Assembly (NCBI GenBank): GCA_903924985.1
Contig: CAIYDT010000276.1
Span: 5,582-69,581 of the forward strand
Length of the DNA: 64,000 nt
Reading direction: 5' to 3'
From: an uncultured Acetobacteraceae bacterium
Lineage (GTDB): Bacteria; Pseudomonadota; Alphaproteobacteria; Acetobacterales; Acetobacteraceae
Both the position numbers and the translations under genes were made by a program. This document shows, piece after piece, positions 28,884 to 41,789 of this stretch (the stretch's first letter is position 1; each line of letters begins with the position of its first letter). The notes under the pieces were generated by a model. It searched no databases. It worked only from the letters and a program-made list of their open reading frames with translations, and had not been told where the DNA came from.

Positions 28884-30179
28884 ATGGTCTTCCGAGTTGT
28901 CAAAACGTCGCGTGCAGTGCTTTTCACGGCAGCCCTGATGGGCTGCTCCCTCGGATCGTCTGAATCTGGATCCGGACAGGCCAGCGTACGTGTGGCGGAA
29001 GCTGCGTTGAATGGGGGTTCCCCCCGGATAGCGCTACAAGTGGCGCAGAATATCCTCGCGCGCACGCCCGACGATGTTCCCGCTTTGTTGATCCGGGGCG
29101 ACGCGCTGACGCAACTTGGCCAAAACGACGATGCCGTCGGCGCGTTTGAACATGCGATGCGGCGTGATCCGGCGTCTGCCCATGCCAAGTTGGGGCTAGG
29201 CCGTGTTCGCCTGACGACCGACCCGGCAGCGGCCGCGGGTTTGTTCCGCGATGTTTTGCTCACGGATGCAAGCAATGCCAGCGCCTTGACCGATCTGGGT
29301 ATTGCCCTCGATCTCCTTGGGCAGCACCTCGAGGCCCGCCAATACTATCAGCGCGTGCTGCACGACAATCCAGGCAATGTGGCAGTTCAGGTAAACCTGG
29401 CCCTGTCGTTAGCCATGACCGGCGATAGCGCCGGCGCGCTGCGGTTGATCGAGCCGCTGGCGAACGATCGCACGGCGCCGACCAAGTTGCGGCACAACTA
29501 CGCCGCGATTTTAACCATGGCTGGGCGAGAGACAGAGGCGGCTGAGGTCCTGAAACAGGATTTGCCCCCGAATGAGATCCGCCAGGCCATGGCAGCCTAC
29601 CGGCAAGGGACCGCACTGACATCGGCCAACCCCATCCAGCCCGCTTCAGCGGCCGCTGTGCCGTTGCCTTCGACGAATGGAGAACAAGCGGCGTTGCCGG
29701 CAACGCCGCCCGTCGTTGCTTCGCAGCCTGAGGCGCTACCCGTCGTCAATGTCCCCTCCGCACCGACCGAGACGATTATGGTGACCCAAACCTCGGCCCC
29801 CCTGCCCGCGGCACCATCGGTTAGGCCGCCCTTTGAGATACCTGTTCCGGCGACGCCAGCCCCTTCGCTAGCCGAAACCGTGACTGCGACGCCGTCCGTG
29901 GCGCGGCCGGCTTCTCAGCTGAAAGCCACGCGGCACGGTCCACAGGTCCAATTGGGAGCCTTCAACTCCGAACATGCGGCGAAGGGCGAATGGCGCCGTC
30001 TTCAAAGGAAAGTGCCCGCGCTTCTGGCAGGCCGCGAGCCCGCGATAACGACGATCGAACGGGATGGCATGACTTTATGGCGGCTGCGGACCAGGGGATT
30101 CTCCAACCAAAGCAAGGCCCGTAGTTTTTGCTCGAAACTTCGTCCGGCAACCGAGCGCTGCATGGTATTTGGCGCCTGA
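28884..30179 (+). CDS. TPR-repeat lipoprotein (TadD-like N-terminus) with Pro-rich linker and C-terminal SPOR domain
   Basis: Lipobox-like ALMGC; TPR helices (NLALSLA, RHNYA); C-terminal VQLGAFNSE..A..EW..L...WRLR..GF...A..FC..L. Start uncertain. Confidence 0.75.
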   Translation: MVFRVVKTSRAVLFTAALMGCSLGSSESGSGQASVRVAEAALNGGSPRIALQVAQNILARTPDDVPALLIRGDALTQLGQNDDAVGAFEHAMRRDPASAHAKLGLGRVRLTTDPAAAAGLFRDVLLTDASNASALTDLGIALDLLGQHLEARQYYQRVLHDNPGNVAVQVNLALSLAMTGDSAGALRLIEPLANDRTAPTKLRHNYAAILTMAGRETEAAEVLKQDLPPNEIRQAMAAYRQGTALTSANPIQPASAAAVPLPSTNGEQAALPATPPVVASQPEALPVVNVPSAPTETIMVTQTSAPLPAAPSVRPPFEIPVPATPAPSLAETVTATPSVARPASQLKATRHGPQVQLGAFNSEHAAKGEWRRLQRKVPALLAGREPAITTIERDGMTLWRLRTRGFSNQSKARSFCSKLRPATERCMVFGA

Positions 30180-30181
30180 TC

Positions 30182-31011
30182 TCAACCGCCTGCCAGAACT
30201 GTCCACACACGGATCGCCTGGACTGTCTCCCGTACGTCATGCACCCTTAGGATCGCCGCCCCGTGGGCTAACGCGAACAATCCCGCCGCCAGGGAACCTG
30301 GCAATCTTCGTCGCGCGTCAGCCTCCTGCGATGCCGCGCCGATAAAGGATTTTCGAGACACGCCGACCAGCAGCGGGCGCCCCAAGTCTGCGAAACGCGG
30401 CAAGGCGCGCAGCACGGCCACCGATTGGTCAGCATCCTTCGCAAACCCGATACCGGGGTCGAGGACAATGGCATCCCGCCGGATCCCCGCCCGCTCCGCC
30501 GCTCTTAGGCAGCCTTCCAGTTCAGCTATGACCTCGGCCGCCACATCGGCGTAACGTGCGCGATCCCGCATGGTGGCCGGTGTGCCCCGCATGTGCATCA
30601 GCACCACTGGGCACCCACGTTGCGCGATTAAATTGGCCGCGTGCGGATCGTGGGTCAAACCCGACACGTCATTGACGATCGTCGCGCCAGCATCGAGTGC
30701 CGCCGCCATTGTGCTGGCATTGCGCGTGTCGACCGAAATACATAATCCCCGCGCCGCCAAGGCCCGAATGACCGGAAGGACCCGCTGCCGCTCAATGTCG
30801 GGAGGAACCTCGGCTGCGCCCGGGCGAGTACTCTCCCCACCGACGTCGACGATATCGGCTCCATCGGCCGCCATCGCAACTCCGGCGAAGATGGCTGCGT
30901 CCCGTGCCGCGTGATCGCCACCATCGCTGAAACTGTCGGGCGTGACATTCAGCACGCCCATAACCCGTGGGCGTTCGAGGGACAGGCCGGCCCAGGTAAC
31001 CGGAGGACGGT

Positions 31012-31015
<4 letters not shown>
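30182..31015 (-). CDS. folP: Dihydropteroate synthase
   Basis: [49 protein letters not shown]. Confidence 0.97.
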
Positions 31016-32937
<1,922 letters not shown>

Positions 32938-33081
32938 CTGACTTCGCTCACTTTGTAAGGCGAAAAATCGCCATGCCTGATTCGCCGACGGGACGAACCG
33001 TCCACGCGCCTTGGTACCAACATAGGGTGTCGATCCACCGCCCGCATCCCCTCCCCGCATTTTCTCCCGTCGAAACTGGTG

Positions 33082-34341
33082 TCACGCGGGCAAAAACGGC
33101 GCGCTGGTCAGGGGACGGGGCGGGTTGAACACCAGCCTATACCCCCCCTCGCAAGCCATGGCGTCAGGATAGAGCAGATGTGGGACGGCTACCAGAATAT
33201 TGCGGCGCCATAGAGCGGGCATGACACGCAGGACCGCGGCGGGCAGGTCGGTATGCTGCCGGACCCTCGCGGCGGCTGCGCCCAGCGCGCCAATCAGCGT
33301 GCCAGCTGGCAGTGGATTCGATGTGTGGAGACGGAACCTACCATCCCAGAGTGCCCCATCGATGGCAGGGACAGGCGGTTCAACGGCCGCTTCCTCCCTT
33401 ACCACAAGCCAGCCTTCGCCGAGGCGGCCGGCCGCCAGGATACGCACACCCCATATAGTTCGCGGCTTGAGTTCGGGAGCGATCGCAGCGACCTGATCCA
33501 TGCGAGGTGAAAAGACGGCGCCAGCGATCATTCGCATTAGCTCCGCCAGTGCCTCGGGCCGGATCCGGCCCTGAGATAGCAACGCGAAGCCCTCCGGCCT
33601 AACAGTCGCTCCTTCGGCCAGTGCATGTGCCATTATGACGTCGTTCGCAGCCCGTCGTTGCCCCGCGGCGGTCGCAGCGTCGACAAGGCATCTGGTGTCG
33701 TCGGCTTCTGCCCCGTGATTGTCACGAAGCCGACGAAGCCGCGCTCGCAACGCGCTCGGGTCCCGGTTGGATGGATCTTCCACCCAGGACACATCCTTAC
33801 GAAGGAGATAGGCACGCAACGACGAGGGCTGCTCGGCCAGCAAAGGCCGAAGGATGCGAAGGCTTCCCGTCTCGGTAAGCACAGGCATACCAGCGAGCCC
33901 CCGGCCACCGCTGCCACTGAGAATTCTCATCATCACGGTCTCCGCCTGGTCGGCGGCGTGGTGTCCGAGCAACAGATGCAGTATCCCGTCCCGCCCGCAT
34001 GCGTCAGTCAACACACGATACCGCGCCTCGCGTGCTCGAACAGCAATCGCTGCTCCTTTGATCAAATCGGTGATGGTCAGCAGCCGAGCGGCGATGCCAC
34101 GCGCGGCCAGATTAGACACCGTGAGCTTTGCTTCAACGGCCGACTCAGCGCGCAAACCATGGTCGACGACCAACGCCAGAAGGCTGCCTCCGCGCTCCCG
34201 AGCCCACGCATCGGCCAACAACGCCAACGCCATACTGTCTGCACCGCCAGAGACGCCAGCGGCAAGACGCGGCGCCCGCTCGAACGGTCCCAGCGCCGCC
34301 ATCGCGGCGCCGAACCGGACGATCAGGCCAGCGTCATCCAT
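33082..34341 (-). CDS. tilS: tRNA(Ile)-lysidine synthetase
   Basis: SGGADS PP-loop, VDHGLR, AREARY, GHHAADQAET, RPLL, EDPSN; canonical position before ftsH. Confidence 0.93.
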   Translation of the reverse strand: MDDAGLIVRFGAAMAALGPFERAPRLAAGVSGGADSMALALLADAWARERGGSLLALVVDHGLRAESAVEAKLTVSNLAARGIAARLLTITDLIKGAAIAVRAREARYRVLTDACGRDGILHLLLGHHAADQAETVMMRILSGSGGRGLAGMPVLTETGSLRILRPLLAEQPSSLRAYLLRKDVSWVEDPSNRDPSALRARLRRLRDNHGAEADDTRCLVDAATAAGQRRAANDVIMAHALAEGATVRPEGFALLSQGRIRPEALAELMRMIAGAVFSPRMDQVAAIAPELKPRTIWGVRILAAGRLGEGWLVVREEAAVEPPVPAIDGALWDGRFRLHTSNPLPAGTLIGALGAAAARVRQHTDLPAAVLRVMPALWRRNILVAVPHLLYPDAMACEGGYRLVFNPPRPLTSAPFLPA

Positions 34342-34351
34342 CGCGGCACGA

Positions 34352-35209
34352 TCACTTGCAGCCCGCTCGTTGCCCAGCGGCGGCGATGCCTTCGCGCAAG
34401 TCTGCTCGCGGCTGCGGGAACTCCGCACGCAGCTTATCCAGCGTACCGCAGGCTGCCTTCTTTTCATTGATGCCGACGAGGGAATTCGCCAACCCTAGCA
34501 GGGCATCTTGCGCATGAGCACCCTTACGGGAGTGCTTATAAGCATCGTCGAATGCGATCGCCGATTCCGAATATTTTCGCTGGCCAAACAAGGCCTGTGC
34601 CAGAAGCAACTGTCCATCGTAGGCACGCGGAGATGCTTTCGCGGCCACAACCTCCCGTGCTGCCTGCTCTGCCGCTGGGTAATCGCGGCGCGCCAATGCG
34701 GCGTTGCCTTCCTGCATTGCCACCTCCGGTGTACGAACGCGCGGTTGGTTGGACGGCGGTGGGGTCAATGGTGGCGCCGGCGGTGCAGCGACATCGTTCG
34801 GCAGCGCGGGCACCGCATCGGGGCCAGCGCGCCCATTCATCTGGTACGCGAGATCGTCGATGCGCTTGCCCAGGTCAGCGCTCTGCCGCTGCTCCTGGTT
34901 TTGCAGTTCATCAATACGACCACGCAGTTGACGGAGTTGATCCTCCAGCGCATCGACACGGGTCAGTAGCTGCGCAACCATGTCGTTACCCGAAGACGAA
35001 GCCATCGGGCCAGGCCTTCCAGGGGCCACAATTCCTCCTCCATGACCGACCTGATCGCGTAATCCCTGTAATTCCTGTCGCAGCTGATAAATTTGATTTT
35101 GAAGGGCAATACCTTCCCTGCTGTCAACCTGTGCCCAGGTCATGCGCTGCGGCAATCCCAGCACCAGCGTCGCAGCCAATGACAACCTTGCGATCGACAA
35201 CATGCGCAT
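34352..35209 (-). CDS. cpoB: Tol-Pal system protein YbgF/CpoB
   Basis: Signal peptide, coiled coil (LEDQLRQLRGRIDELQ), C-terminal TPR (ALLGLA...AACGTL); located between pal and tilS. Confidence 0.88.
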   Translation of the reverse strand: MRMLSIARLSLAATLVLGLPQRMTWAQVDSREGIALQNQIYQLRQELQGLRDQVGHGGGIVAPGRPGPMASSSGNDMVAQLLTRVDALEDQLRQLRGRIDELQNQEQRQSADLGKRIDDLAYQMNGRAGPDAVPALPNDVAAPPAPPLTPPPSNQPRVRTPEVAMQEGNAALARRDYPAAEQAAREVVAAKASPRAYDGQLLLAQALFGQRKYSESAIAFDDAYKHSRKGAHAQDALLGLANSLVGINEKKAACGTLDKLRAEFPQPRADLREGIAAAGQRAGCK

Positions 35210-35259
35210 GCAGCCACTCCTTACGTACCACCAGGGGGCATCCAACCCCGTCGGATAAC

Positions 35260-35289
35260 AAAAAGCCGGCGACCTTGAGGCCGCCGGCT
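35260..35289 (-). terminator. Intrinsic terminator downstream of pal
   Basis: Minus strand AGCCGGCGGCC-TCAA-GGTCGCCGGCT-TTTT. Confidence 0.8.
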
Positions 35290-35353
35290 CCGTTAGCATA
35301 ATCCCATACCCAAGTAAGCGGCCCGGTGCGGCTGCCCCCCTGGTTGAATGGGA

Positions 35354-35815
35354 TCAACGGACCGAGGTGGTCGCGTTGCGGTTCTGCGCCCAAGCCTGCT
35401 CGTTGGAGCCCATGGCGGTCGGACGATCCTTGCCGTAGCTGATCGTCGTCATGCGAGCAGCGGCGACGCCCTTGGCCTTCAGATAGGAAGCGGCTGCGTT
35501 CGCACGGCGCTGGCCGAGGGCGAGATTGTATTCGGTGGTGCCACGCTCATCGCAGTTGCCCGCGATCTGCACGTTGTTGCTGGCATACTGCTTCAACCAG
35601 GCAGCCTGCTTGTCGAGGGTCGCCTTACCGTCGGCTCGCACAACAGACTTGTTGAAATCGTAGAAGACGCGATCGCCAACGTTCGCGACCAGGTCTTCCT
35701 GGCTGCCCGGAACGATGCTGTTGACTTTGCCGCCACCGGCCGTGGTGTCAGCTTGTTGAGCGCACGCCGCCAGCAGGGCGACGGCGGCGAAGGCGCCGAG
35801 GATCTTGATGTTCAT
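35354..35815 (-). CDS. pal: Peptidoglycan-associated lipoprotein
   Basis: Lipobox LLAAC, VGDRVFY, GNCDERGTTEYNLALG.RRA, SYGKDRP, QNR. Confidence 0.96.
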   Translation of the reverse strand: MNIKILGAFAAVALLAACAQQADTTAGGGKVNSIVPGSQEDLVANVGDRVFYDFNKSVVRADGKATLDKQAAWLKQYASNNVQIAGNCDERGTTEYNLALGQRRANAAASYLKAKGVAAARMTTISYGKDRPTAMGSNEQAWAQNRNATTSVR

Positions 35816-35995
35816 CTTTTTTGTCCCTGGATGGGGTGCAAGCGATTGATAGCCGAGTCGACGCAGCGCCTTCGTGACGCCACGCTCGTCCATGCAGGCG
35901 CTTAGCTTGTTTTACCCTTTTTGGTCAAGCGGTTGCGACAGAATACGCCGAACATTCCTTCCATGATCTCACCCGATGACGTTCCAGGTTCGGGC

Positions 35996-37420
35996 TTATG
36001 CCAACAGCGGCGACCATGCCGGGTCCGAAGCATCGGTCGGGGTCGGCGCCACGCGTTCGTTAAAGCCGGTGATGTCGACTGACACGAGGCGGGACGTGAA
36101 ACCAACCCCGCGCGCGCCCTGGCCGCGGGTTTCCCGCCAAAACATCAAAACCCGGCCATTTGGCGCGAACGTTGGCCCTTCGACCAGCCAGCCAGTCGAC
36201 AAAATCCGCTCCCCCGAGCCGTCAGGATGCATGACACCGATGGTGAAATCGCTCTCATCGCCGCCGTAGCGGGTAAACGCGATCAGATCGCCGCGCGGCG
36301 ACCAGACCGGCGTTGCGTATCGGCCTGAGCCAAAGCTGATCCGCTTTGCACCACCACCATCGGCCCCCATCACGTAAATTTGCTGATCCCCGCCGCGATC
36401 GGATGCAAAAGCGATCTGTGTTCCGTCCGGGCTGAAGCATGGGCTGACGTCGATGGCCCCGGAATCGGTTAGTTTGCGCACGCCTCGGCCACCAAGGTCG
36501 GTCGCCACGATATCGGATCCACCACCGTTGGTCACTGCCATCACCACGCTACCCCCGTTCGGGGCGAAGCGCGGCGCGAACGTCATACCGTTGAAGTCGC
36601 CCAGCACCGTTTGCCGCCCGCTGCCGAGGTCGAACAGGTAAACCCTGGGGCGATTATTCGCGTAGCTCATAAACGCAATCTTATCCTGTGTCGGATGAAA
36701 GCGCGGTGTGAGGACGAGCCAAGAGCCGTCTGTCAGAAAACGATTATTTTCGCTGTCCTGATCCATGATCGCGAGCCGTTTGGTGCGGCGGTCGCGTGGG
36801 CCGGTGGCACCGATATAGACGACGCGGGTGTCGAAATACCCTTTCTCGCCCAGCAGGCGTTCGTAGATCACGTCCGCCATGATGTGCGCGATGCGGCGCC
36901 AGTTGGCCTGCGACGTGGTGTAGGCGGTGCCCTGAATCTGCGCCTGTGGCAGGATGTCCCACAGGCGGAACTCGACGCGGACGTTGCCGCCGCCTTGCGC
37001 CTCGGTCTTGCCCGTGACCAGTGCCTGGGCACCGGTTGGTTTCCAGTTCTGGAAGTTAGGCACGTCGCCGCGCGACGGTCCGGCCTGGATGAACGCCGCG
37101 GGATCGATCACGCGAAACAGGCCGGAGCGCGCCAGATCGGCGGAAATCACGCCCGCGATATCGCGTCCGAGCTGCGAGGAGACGCCGTCGCTTCCGCCCA
37201 AATCAGGAATCGCGATCGGAATTGGTTCCACCCGCGCTCTGGAAACGTCGATCACCGCGCTCTGGCCGGGACCACCCGGCTGGCCTGCCGGCGCGGGCAA
37301 CGTCTGCGCACGCACGACCTCGGGGCTGGCAGCGACGATCAACGAACTGGCAGCGGAGACCAACAAATCGCGGCGGCGCAGACTGAGGCTTGGGAGGTGA
37401 ATCATGGCGCGGTGTTCCAT
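35996..37420 (-). CDS. tolB: Tol-Pal beta-propeller protein TolB
   Basis: [28 protein letters not shown]40 repeats (SPDG..IAF, WSPRGD), ends DPAWSPLL. Confidence 0.96.
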   Translation of the reverse strand: MEHRAMIHLPSLSLRRRDLLVSAASSLIVAASPEVVRAQTLPAPAGQPGGPGQSAVIDVSRARVEPIPIAIPDLGGSDGVSSQLGRDIAGVISADLARSGLFRVIDPAAFIQAGPSRGDVPNFQNWKPTGAQALVTGKTEAQGGGNVRVEFRLWDILPQAQIQGTAYTTSQANWRRIAHIMADVIYERLLGEKGYFDTRVVYIGATGPRDRRTKRLAIMDQDSENNRFLTDGSWLVLTPRFHPTQDKIAFMSYANNRPRVYLFDLGSGRQTVLGDFNGMTFAPRFAPNGGSVVMAVTNGGGSDIVATDLGGRGVRKLTDSGAIDVSPCFSPDGTQIAFASDRGGDQQIYVMGADGGGAKRISFGSGRYATPVWSPRGDLIAFTRYGGDESDFTIGVMHPDGSGERILSTGWLVEGPTFAPNGRVLMFWRETRGQGARGVGFTSRLVSVDITGFNERVAPTPTDASDPAWSPLLA

Positions 37421-37456
37421 ATCTGTCGGTCGTGGCGCAACGCTGTCATCGCTTCT

Positions 37457-38482
37457 TCACGGGGTAAACCTGAACGTCAGCACATTGGTCTTCCCCAGCA
37501 TATTCCCGGGAAGCGGCAGATTCGCGCAGCGCACATCCATAACGGCGCGTATCGCACGCTCCGCGAAGGCGCGGAACCTCGGATCGCTCATTCTTGCCAA
37601 ATCTTCACCCGACACCTCGGCCTTGCGGGCGATGCCGGTGGGGTCGGTTTCGACCGTCAGCAGCACCCTCTGCTTATCCACATCCAGGGCGCCAGCGTCC
37701 TTGGTCCAGCATTCCCGCACGTGTTCGCCAATCGCGCCGCGCTGCGCGGCCGATAGCGCGGCGGTATCATTGCCCAGCGGGCTGCCACCGCCTTGCGGGT
37801 TACCGCCGGCTGCTGGATTGGGCCGAGCTTTCGGCGGCTGCGTCTGTTTTGCCCTTTGGCGCAGCTTTTCAAGCGTATTGTCGACCTCGTCGCTATCCGG
37901 CACGGCGCTTTTCGTGGGGTTCGGCTGCGACGTATGGCTGGGCGGCGCCGGTGGCGGGGGAACCAGTGGCGGCGGTAGCGGCAACGGCGGTTCCGGCTTC
38001 GGGGGCGTCGGCTGCGGCGGGGTCGGTGGCGCGACAGGGGGCGGCGGCAGAGGCGACGGTGTCGGCTCCGGCGTCTGCGGCGGCGGTGTTTCGGGTGTCG
38101 GCGTGGGCGGGGCCGGGGCCTGCACCGTCTGCGGCGGCGGAGGCGGCGGAGGTGGTGGAGGCGGCGGGGCCTCGATCGGCTGCGGCTTCGGCGGGGTCGT
38201 CACCGGCGGCGCCGGTGGCGCGGTTTCTTTCGATGGCGCGGGCACGGGCGCGGCCGCATCCGCTTTCATCGAATTCGCCTCCGTCCCCTGGAACACGACC
38301 GCCACGGCCTGCTCCTCAGGCTCCGGTTCGGGTTTACGGGAGAACTCCAGGTGCAACAGCATCAGCACGACGATCGTAACATGAACGACCGCCGAGATCG
38401 CGCCGCCCTTGCGCAACGCGGGATCCAGGCCCTCGCCGCGGGGACTGCGTCCGGTTACGCCGCGCAGCACCTGTTGCAACAT
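37457..38482 (-). CDS. tolA: TolA (proline-rich, TonB-like C-terminus)
   Basis: TM segment with SxxxH (SAVVH), Pro-rich spacer, ECW...AERAIRAV..C..LPLP...F.P; sits between tolR and tolB. Confidence 0.88.
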   Translation of the reverse strand: MLQQVLRGVTGRSPRGEGLDPALRKGGAISAVVHVTIVVLMLLHLEFSRKPEPEPEEQAVAVVFQGTEANSMKADAAAPVPAPSKETAPPAPPVTTPPKPQPIEAPPPPPPPPPPPPQTVQAPAPPTPTPETPPPQTPEPTPSPLPPPPVAPPTPPQPTPPKPEPPLPLPPPLVPPPPAPPSHTSQPNPTKSAVPDSDEVDNTLEKLRQRAKQTQPPKARPNPAAGGNPQGGGSPLGNDTAALSAAQRGAIGEHVRECWTKDAGALDVDKQRVLLTVETDPTGIARKAEVSGEDLARMSDPRFRAFAERAIRAVMDVRCANLPLPGNMLGKTNVLTFRFTP

Positions 38483-38490
38483 GGCGGCTG

Positions 38491-38973
38491 TCAGCCCTTC
38501 GGCCGGCCGGCTGTGGGAGCAGCCGGCTTCGCGGCGGGTCGCGGCCCGGCCGTCTGCTCCGCCAGCAGCGCCACCTTGGTGAAGCCGCCCTGCGTGATGG
38601 TGCCCATCACCTGCATGATCTTGCCGTAAGCGATGTCCTTGTCGCCGCGCACGAAGATGCGCCGTTCCGGATTGTTCTTGGCGATCGCCTGCAGCTTGGG
38701 CACCAGGTCATCGACCGTCACTTCCTGGTCCTGCAGGAAAATCTTGCCCTCCGCGTTCATCGAGACGGTCAGCGGCTCGCTGTCGTTGTTGATCGGCTGG
38801 GCGTTGGTTTTGGGCAGGTCGACCGGCACGCCGGAGGTCATGAGCGGCGCCGTCACCATGAAGATGATCAGCAGCACCAACATGACGTCGACCAGCGGCG
38901 TGACGTTGATCTCGGCCAGCGGGCGATACCGAGCCCGCCGACCTGCCCGCCCACCGATAAGGGATCCGGCCAT
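38491..38973 (-). CDS. tolR: TolR
   Basis: EINVTPLVDVMLVLLIIFMVTAP, VRGDK. Confidence 0.96.
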   Translation of the reverse strand: MAGSLIGGRAGRRARYRPLAEINVTPLVDVMLVLLIIFMVTAPLMTSGVPVDLPKTNAQPINNDSEPLTVSMNAEGKIFLQDQEVTVDDLVPKLQAIAKNNPERRIFVRGDKDIAYGKIMQVMGTITQGGFTKVALLAEQTAGPRPAAKPAAPTAGRPKG

Positions 38974-38976
38974 CGG

Positions 38977-39693
38977 TCAGGCCCGTTCTTCGCTTTGGCG
39001 GGACAGGATCGCGCTGAACTCGCTGCCGAAGGCTTCCAGCCGGCCGGCGAAACGGGAAAGGTCGGTACTGATCTTGTTGTAGGCCAGCACCGCTGGGATC
39101 GCCGCGACCAAACCGATGGCGGTGGCGAACAGCGCCTCGGCGATGCCTGGGGCGACGACGGCCAGGTTGGTGTTGTGCATGGCCGCGATGGCCGAGAACG
39201 ACCGCATGATGCCCCAGACGGTGCCGAACAGCCCGACGAAAGGGGCGGTCGCGCCGACCGACGCCAGGAACACCATCCAGCGTTCCATTCGGTCCATCTC
39301 CCGCTGCACCGTCACGGTAATGGCGCGATCGATTCGGTCGCGCACGCTGGTGTGGGAGATATCCGCGCCGGCAACACGGACGGAGCGGCGCCATTCCCCC
39401 ATCGCGGCGCCAAACACCGCGGCCATGGGATGGGTTGGGCTGCTGCCTTCGTCGTCGAACAGCTCGTCCAGACTGCCGCCGGACCAGAACCGGTCCTCGA
39501 ACCCGTCCGCGGCGGCGCCGACCCGGCGCAGACTGGTCCATTTTTCAAACACCACTGCCCACACCCAGACACTCGCTCCGATCAGGCCGAGCATCACGAG
39601 TTTCACAACGATGTCAGCTTGCAGGAACAGACCCACCAGCGAGATTTCGCTGCCGGCCGATGCCAGGTTTACCGCGTCAACTGCCCGATCCAC
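38977..39693 (-). CDS. tolQ: TolQ
   Basis: APFVGLFGTVWGIM, VAPGIAEALFATAIGL.AAIPA. Confidence 0.97.
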   Translation of the reverse strand: MDRAVDAVNLASAGSEISLVGLFLQADIVVKLVMLGLIGASVWVWAVVFEKWTSLRRVGAAADGFEDRFWSGGSLDELFDDEGSSPTHPMAAVFGAAMGEWRRSVRVAGADISHTSVRDRIDRAITVTVQREMDRMERWMVFLASVGATAPFVGLFGTVWGIMRSFSAIAAMHNTNLAVVAPGIAEALFATAIGLVAAIPAVLAYNKISTDLSRFAGRLEAFGSEFSAILSRQSEERA

Positions 39694-39702
39694 TGCTACC
39701 CC

Positions 39703-40191
39703 CTACTGGCCGCCCTCCGGGGCGGCACGCGTCTCGATTGATTCCCCAAGTCTGGCATCGCGCATCGCGGTCAGCGCGGCGCGCCAGCGGGGCGGTATCC
39801 GTCCAGGTTTGTTTTCTCCCGGCCGTACGCACGCCAGCCGTACTGTCAGCACGGCACAGGATCCCGCCGGTCCGCGCACATCCTGCCGCAGCACCAGCGA
39901 AGCGCCCCCGACCTCGGTCGATTCGGTGACCACGATGAGCGAATCGTCGAGCCGCGCGGCACGCTGATAATCGACTTCGATGCGCCGCACCACGAACATT
40001 AGGCCAAATCGCTCGACCATCTCCGCATGTGGGATTCCCATCGCACGCAAAGCTTCGGTGCGCGCCCGTTCGGCGAAGCGGAGGTAGTTGGCATGATAGA
40101 CGATGCCGCCGGCATCCGTGTCCTCATAATAGACGCGTACCGTGTACAGGTGGCGGCCATCCATCGGGATGGAGGGCGTATGAGCAATCAT
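39703..40191 (-). CDS. ybgC: Tol-pal-associated acyl-CoA thioesterase
   Basis: RVYYEDTDAGGIVYHANYLRFAERARTE. Confidence 0.94.
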   Translation of the reverse strand: MIAHTPSIPMDGRHLYTVRVYYEDTDAGGIVYHANYLRFAERARTEALRAMGIPHAEMVERFGLMFVVRRIEVDYQRAARLDDSLIVVTESTEVGGASLVLRQDVRGPAGSCAVLTVRLACVRPGENKPGRIPPRWRAALTAMRDARLGESIETRAAPEGGQ

Positions 40192-40201
40192 TCACCCGCC
40201 C

Positions 40202-41254
40202 CTACGGTTCCCCGGTCTCAATCTGATCGCGCAGCAGGTCCATCTGCGCCAGGGCGCCCTTGGGCGGCTTTATGTCCAAATGCCGCCAGCCGGGTTCGCC
40301 CAGCATGCGGCCGCGGCTGGTGCGCAAGATCAGGCCTTCCTGGATCAGGAAGGGTTCGATCACATCTTCGAGCGTATCGCGCGCTTCTGCCAGCGCGGCG
40401 GCCAGCGTTTCGACTCCGACCGGGCCGCCGGCGTGGTGTTCGGCGATGCGGCGCAAATAGCGGCGGTCCATCGCGTCCAGGCCGAGCCGATCCACTTCCA
40501 GCCGGGTCAGCGCGGCGTCGGCCAGTTTGCGATCGACCGGGCCCGATTCGGCGACGGCGGCAAAGTCCCTGACCCGCCGCAGGAGGCGGCCGGCAATGCG
40601 CGGCGTGCCGCGGGAGCGGCGGGCAATCTCGGTGGCACCATCTTCCGTCAGCGCGAAATTCAGCAGCCGGGCGCCACGGGTCACGATCAGGCGCAGTTCC
40701 TCGGCGGTGTAGAACACCAGCCGCAGCGGGATCCCGAACCGGTCGCGCAGTGGGGTAGCCAACAACCCTGCCCGGGTGGTGGCACCAACCAGGGTGAAGG
40801 GCGGCAGATCGATTCGCACCGATCGCGCCGCCGGGCCTTCGCCGATGATCAGATCCAGTTGAAAATCCTCCATGGCGGGATACAGCACCTCCTCGATCGC
40901 GGGCTGGAGGCGGTGAATCTCGTCTATAAAAAGGACATCCCTGGGTTGAAGGTTTGTCAAAATCGCGGCGAGATCGCCGGCGCGCTGGATCACCGGGCCG
41001 GAGGTCGCGCGGAAGCCCACGCCAAGTTCAAGCGCCACGATCTGGGCGAGCGTCGTTTTACCCAGGCCGGGCGGACCGTGCAGCAGCACGTGGTCGAGCG
41101 ACTCGTTCCGGCCCTTCGCCGCCTGAATAAAGACCGCGAGGTTCTCCCGAGACGCCTTCTGCCCGGTGAATTCGGCGAGGCTGCGCGGACGGAGAGACGC
41201 CTCCGCCGCGTCTTCGTCCCTTCGGTCGGGGGACACGGTCCGGTCTTCCGTCAT
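40202..41254 (-). CDS. ruvB: Holliday junction branch migration helicase RuvB
   Basis: [46 protein letters not shown]...RT.RGR. Confidence 0.98.
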   Translation of the reverse strand: MTEDRTVSPDRRDEDAAEASLRPRSLAEFTGQKASRENLAVFIQAAKGRNESLDHVLLHGPPGLGKTTLAQIVALELGVGFRATSGPVIQRAGDLAAILTNLQPRDVLFIDEIHRLQPAIEEVLYPAMEDFQLDLIIGEGPAARSVRIDLPPFTLVGATTRAGLLATPLRDRFGIPLRLVFYTAEELRLIVTRGARLLNFALTEDGATEIARRSRGTPRIAGRLLRRVRDFAAVAESGPVDRKLADAALTRLEVDRLGLDAMDRRYLRRIAEHHAGGPVGVETLAAALAEARDTLEDVIEPFLIQEGLILRTSRGRMLGEPGWRHLDIKPPKGALAQMDLLRDQIETGEP

Positions 41255-41267
41255 GGGGCGAGCGCCC

Positions 41268-41789
41268 TCACCCCTCCGGCGGTGCCGCGGATATCAGGAT
41301 TTCGCGGGCCTCCGGCTGATCGCCCATGCCCGGGGTGCGGTTTTCCGCTTCCTCGGTTTCCGGGGCGGCGACCGGCGCGTTCTCGTCGGGCTGGTAGCGC
41401 TGGCGGTGACCGCCGCCATGCTGCGGGCCGCGGCCGTCAGGCTGCTGCCCTTGCTGCTGCCCTTGGGGCTGGCTCTGCTGCGCGGCCTGATTCATCGCGT
41501 TCAGGATACGGAAATAGTGTTCCGCGTGCTGGAAGTAGCCCTCCGCCTGAACCCGGTCGCCGCTGCTGGTCGCGTCCCGGCCGAGCTGGAGGTATTTTTC
41601 GAACAACTGCTGCGAGGTGCCGCGCAGGCGAATGTCCGGACCGTTGCTGTCGAAAACGTGGTTGCGGTTCAGCGGAACATTGCCGCCGGCAGTGTGCCGG
41701 ATGTTCGTGCTTGCCCCGCCGCCGCCGCCACCTCCGCCGCCTCCACCGCCAGAGCGATGATTGCGGCCACGCATGCGTTTCATGTTCAT
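41268..41789 (-). CDS. DUF4167 domain protein
   Basis: [45 protein letters not shown]; usual position after prmC. Confidence 0.9.
   Translation of the reverse strand: MNMKRMRGRNHRSGGGGGGGGGGGGASTNIRHTAGGNVPLNRNHVFDSNGPDIRLRGTSQQLFEKYLQLGRDATSSGDRVQAEGYFQHAEHYFRILNAMNQAAQQSQPQGQQQGQQPDGRGPQHGGGHRQRYQPDENAPVAAPETEEAENRTPGMGDQPEAREILISAAPPEG

Noticed and set aside
37930-38260. Dense GGC/GGT repeats, also in fliK and at 41716-41750
   Set aside because: They encode poly-Pro or poly-Gly linkers of TolA, FliK and DUF4167. There is no repeat-spacer structure, so this is not a CRISPR array or satellite.
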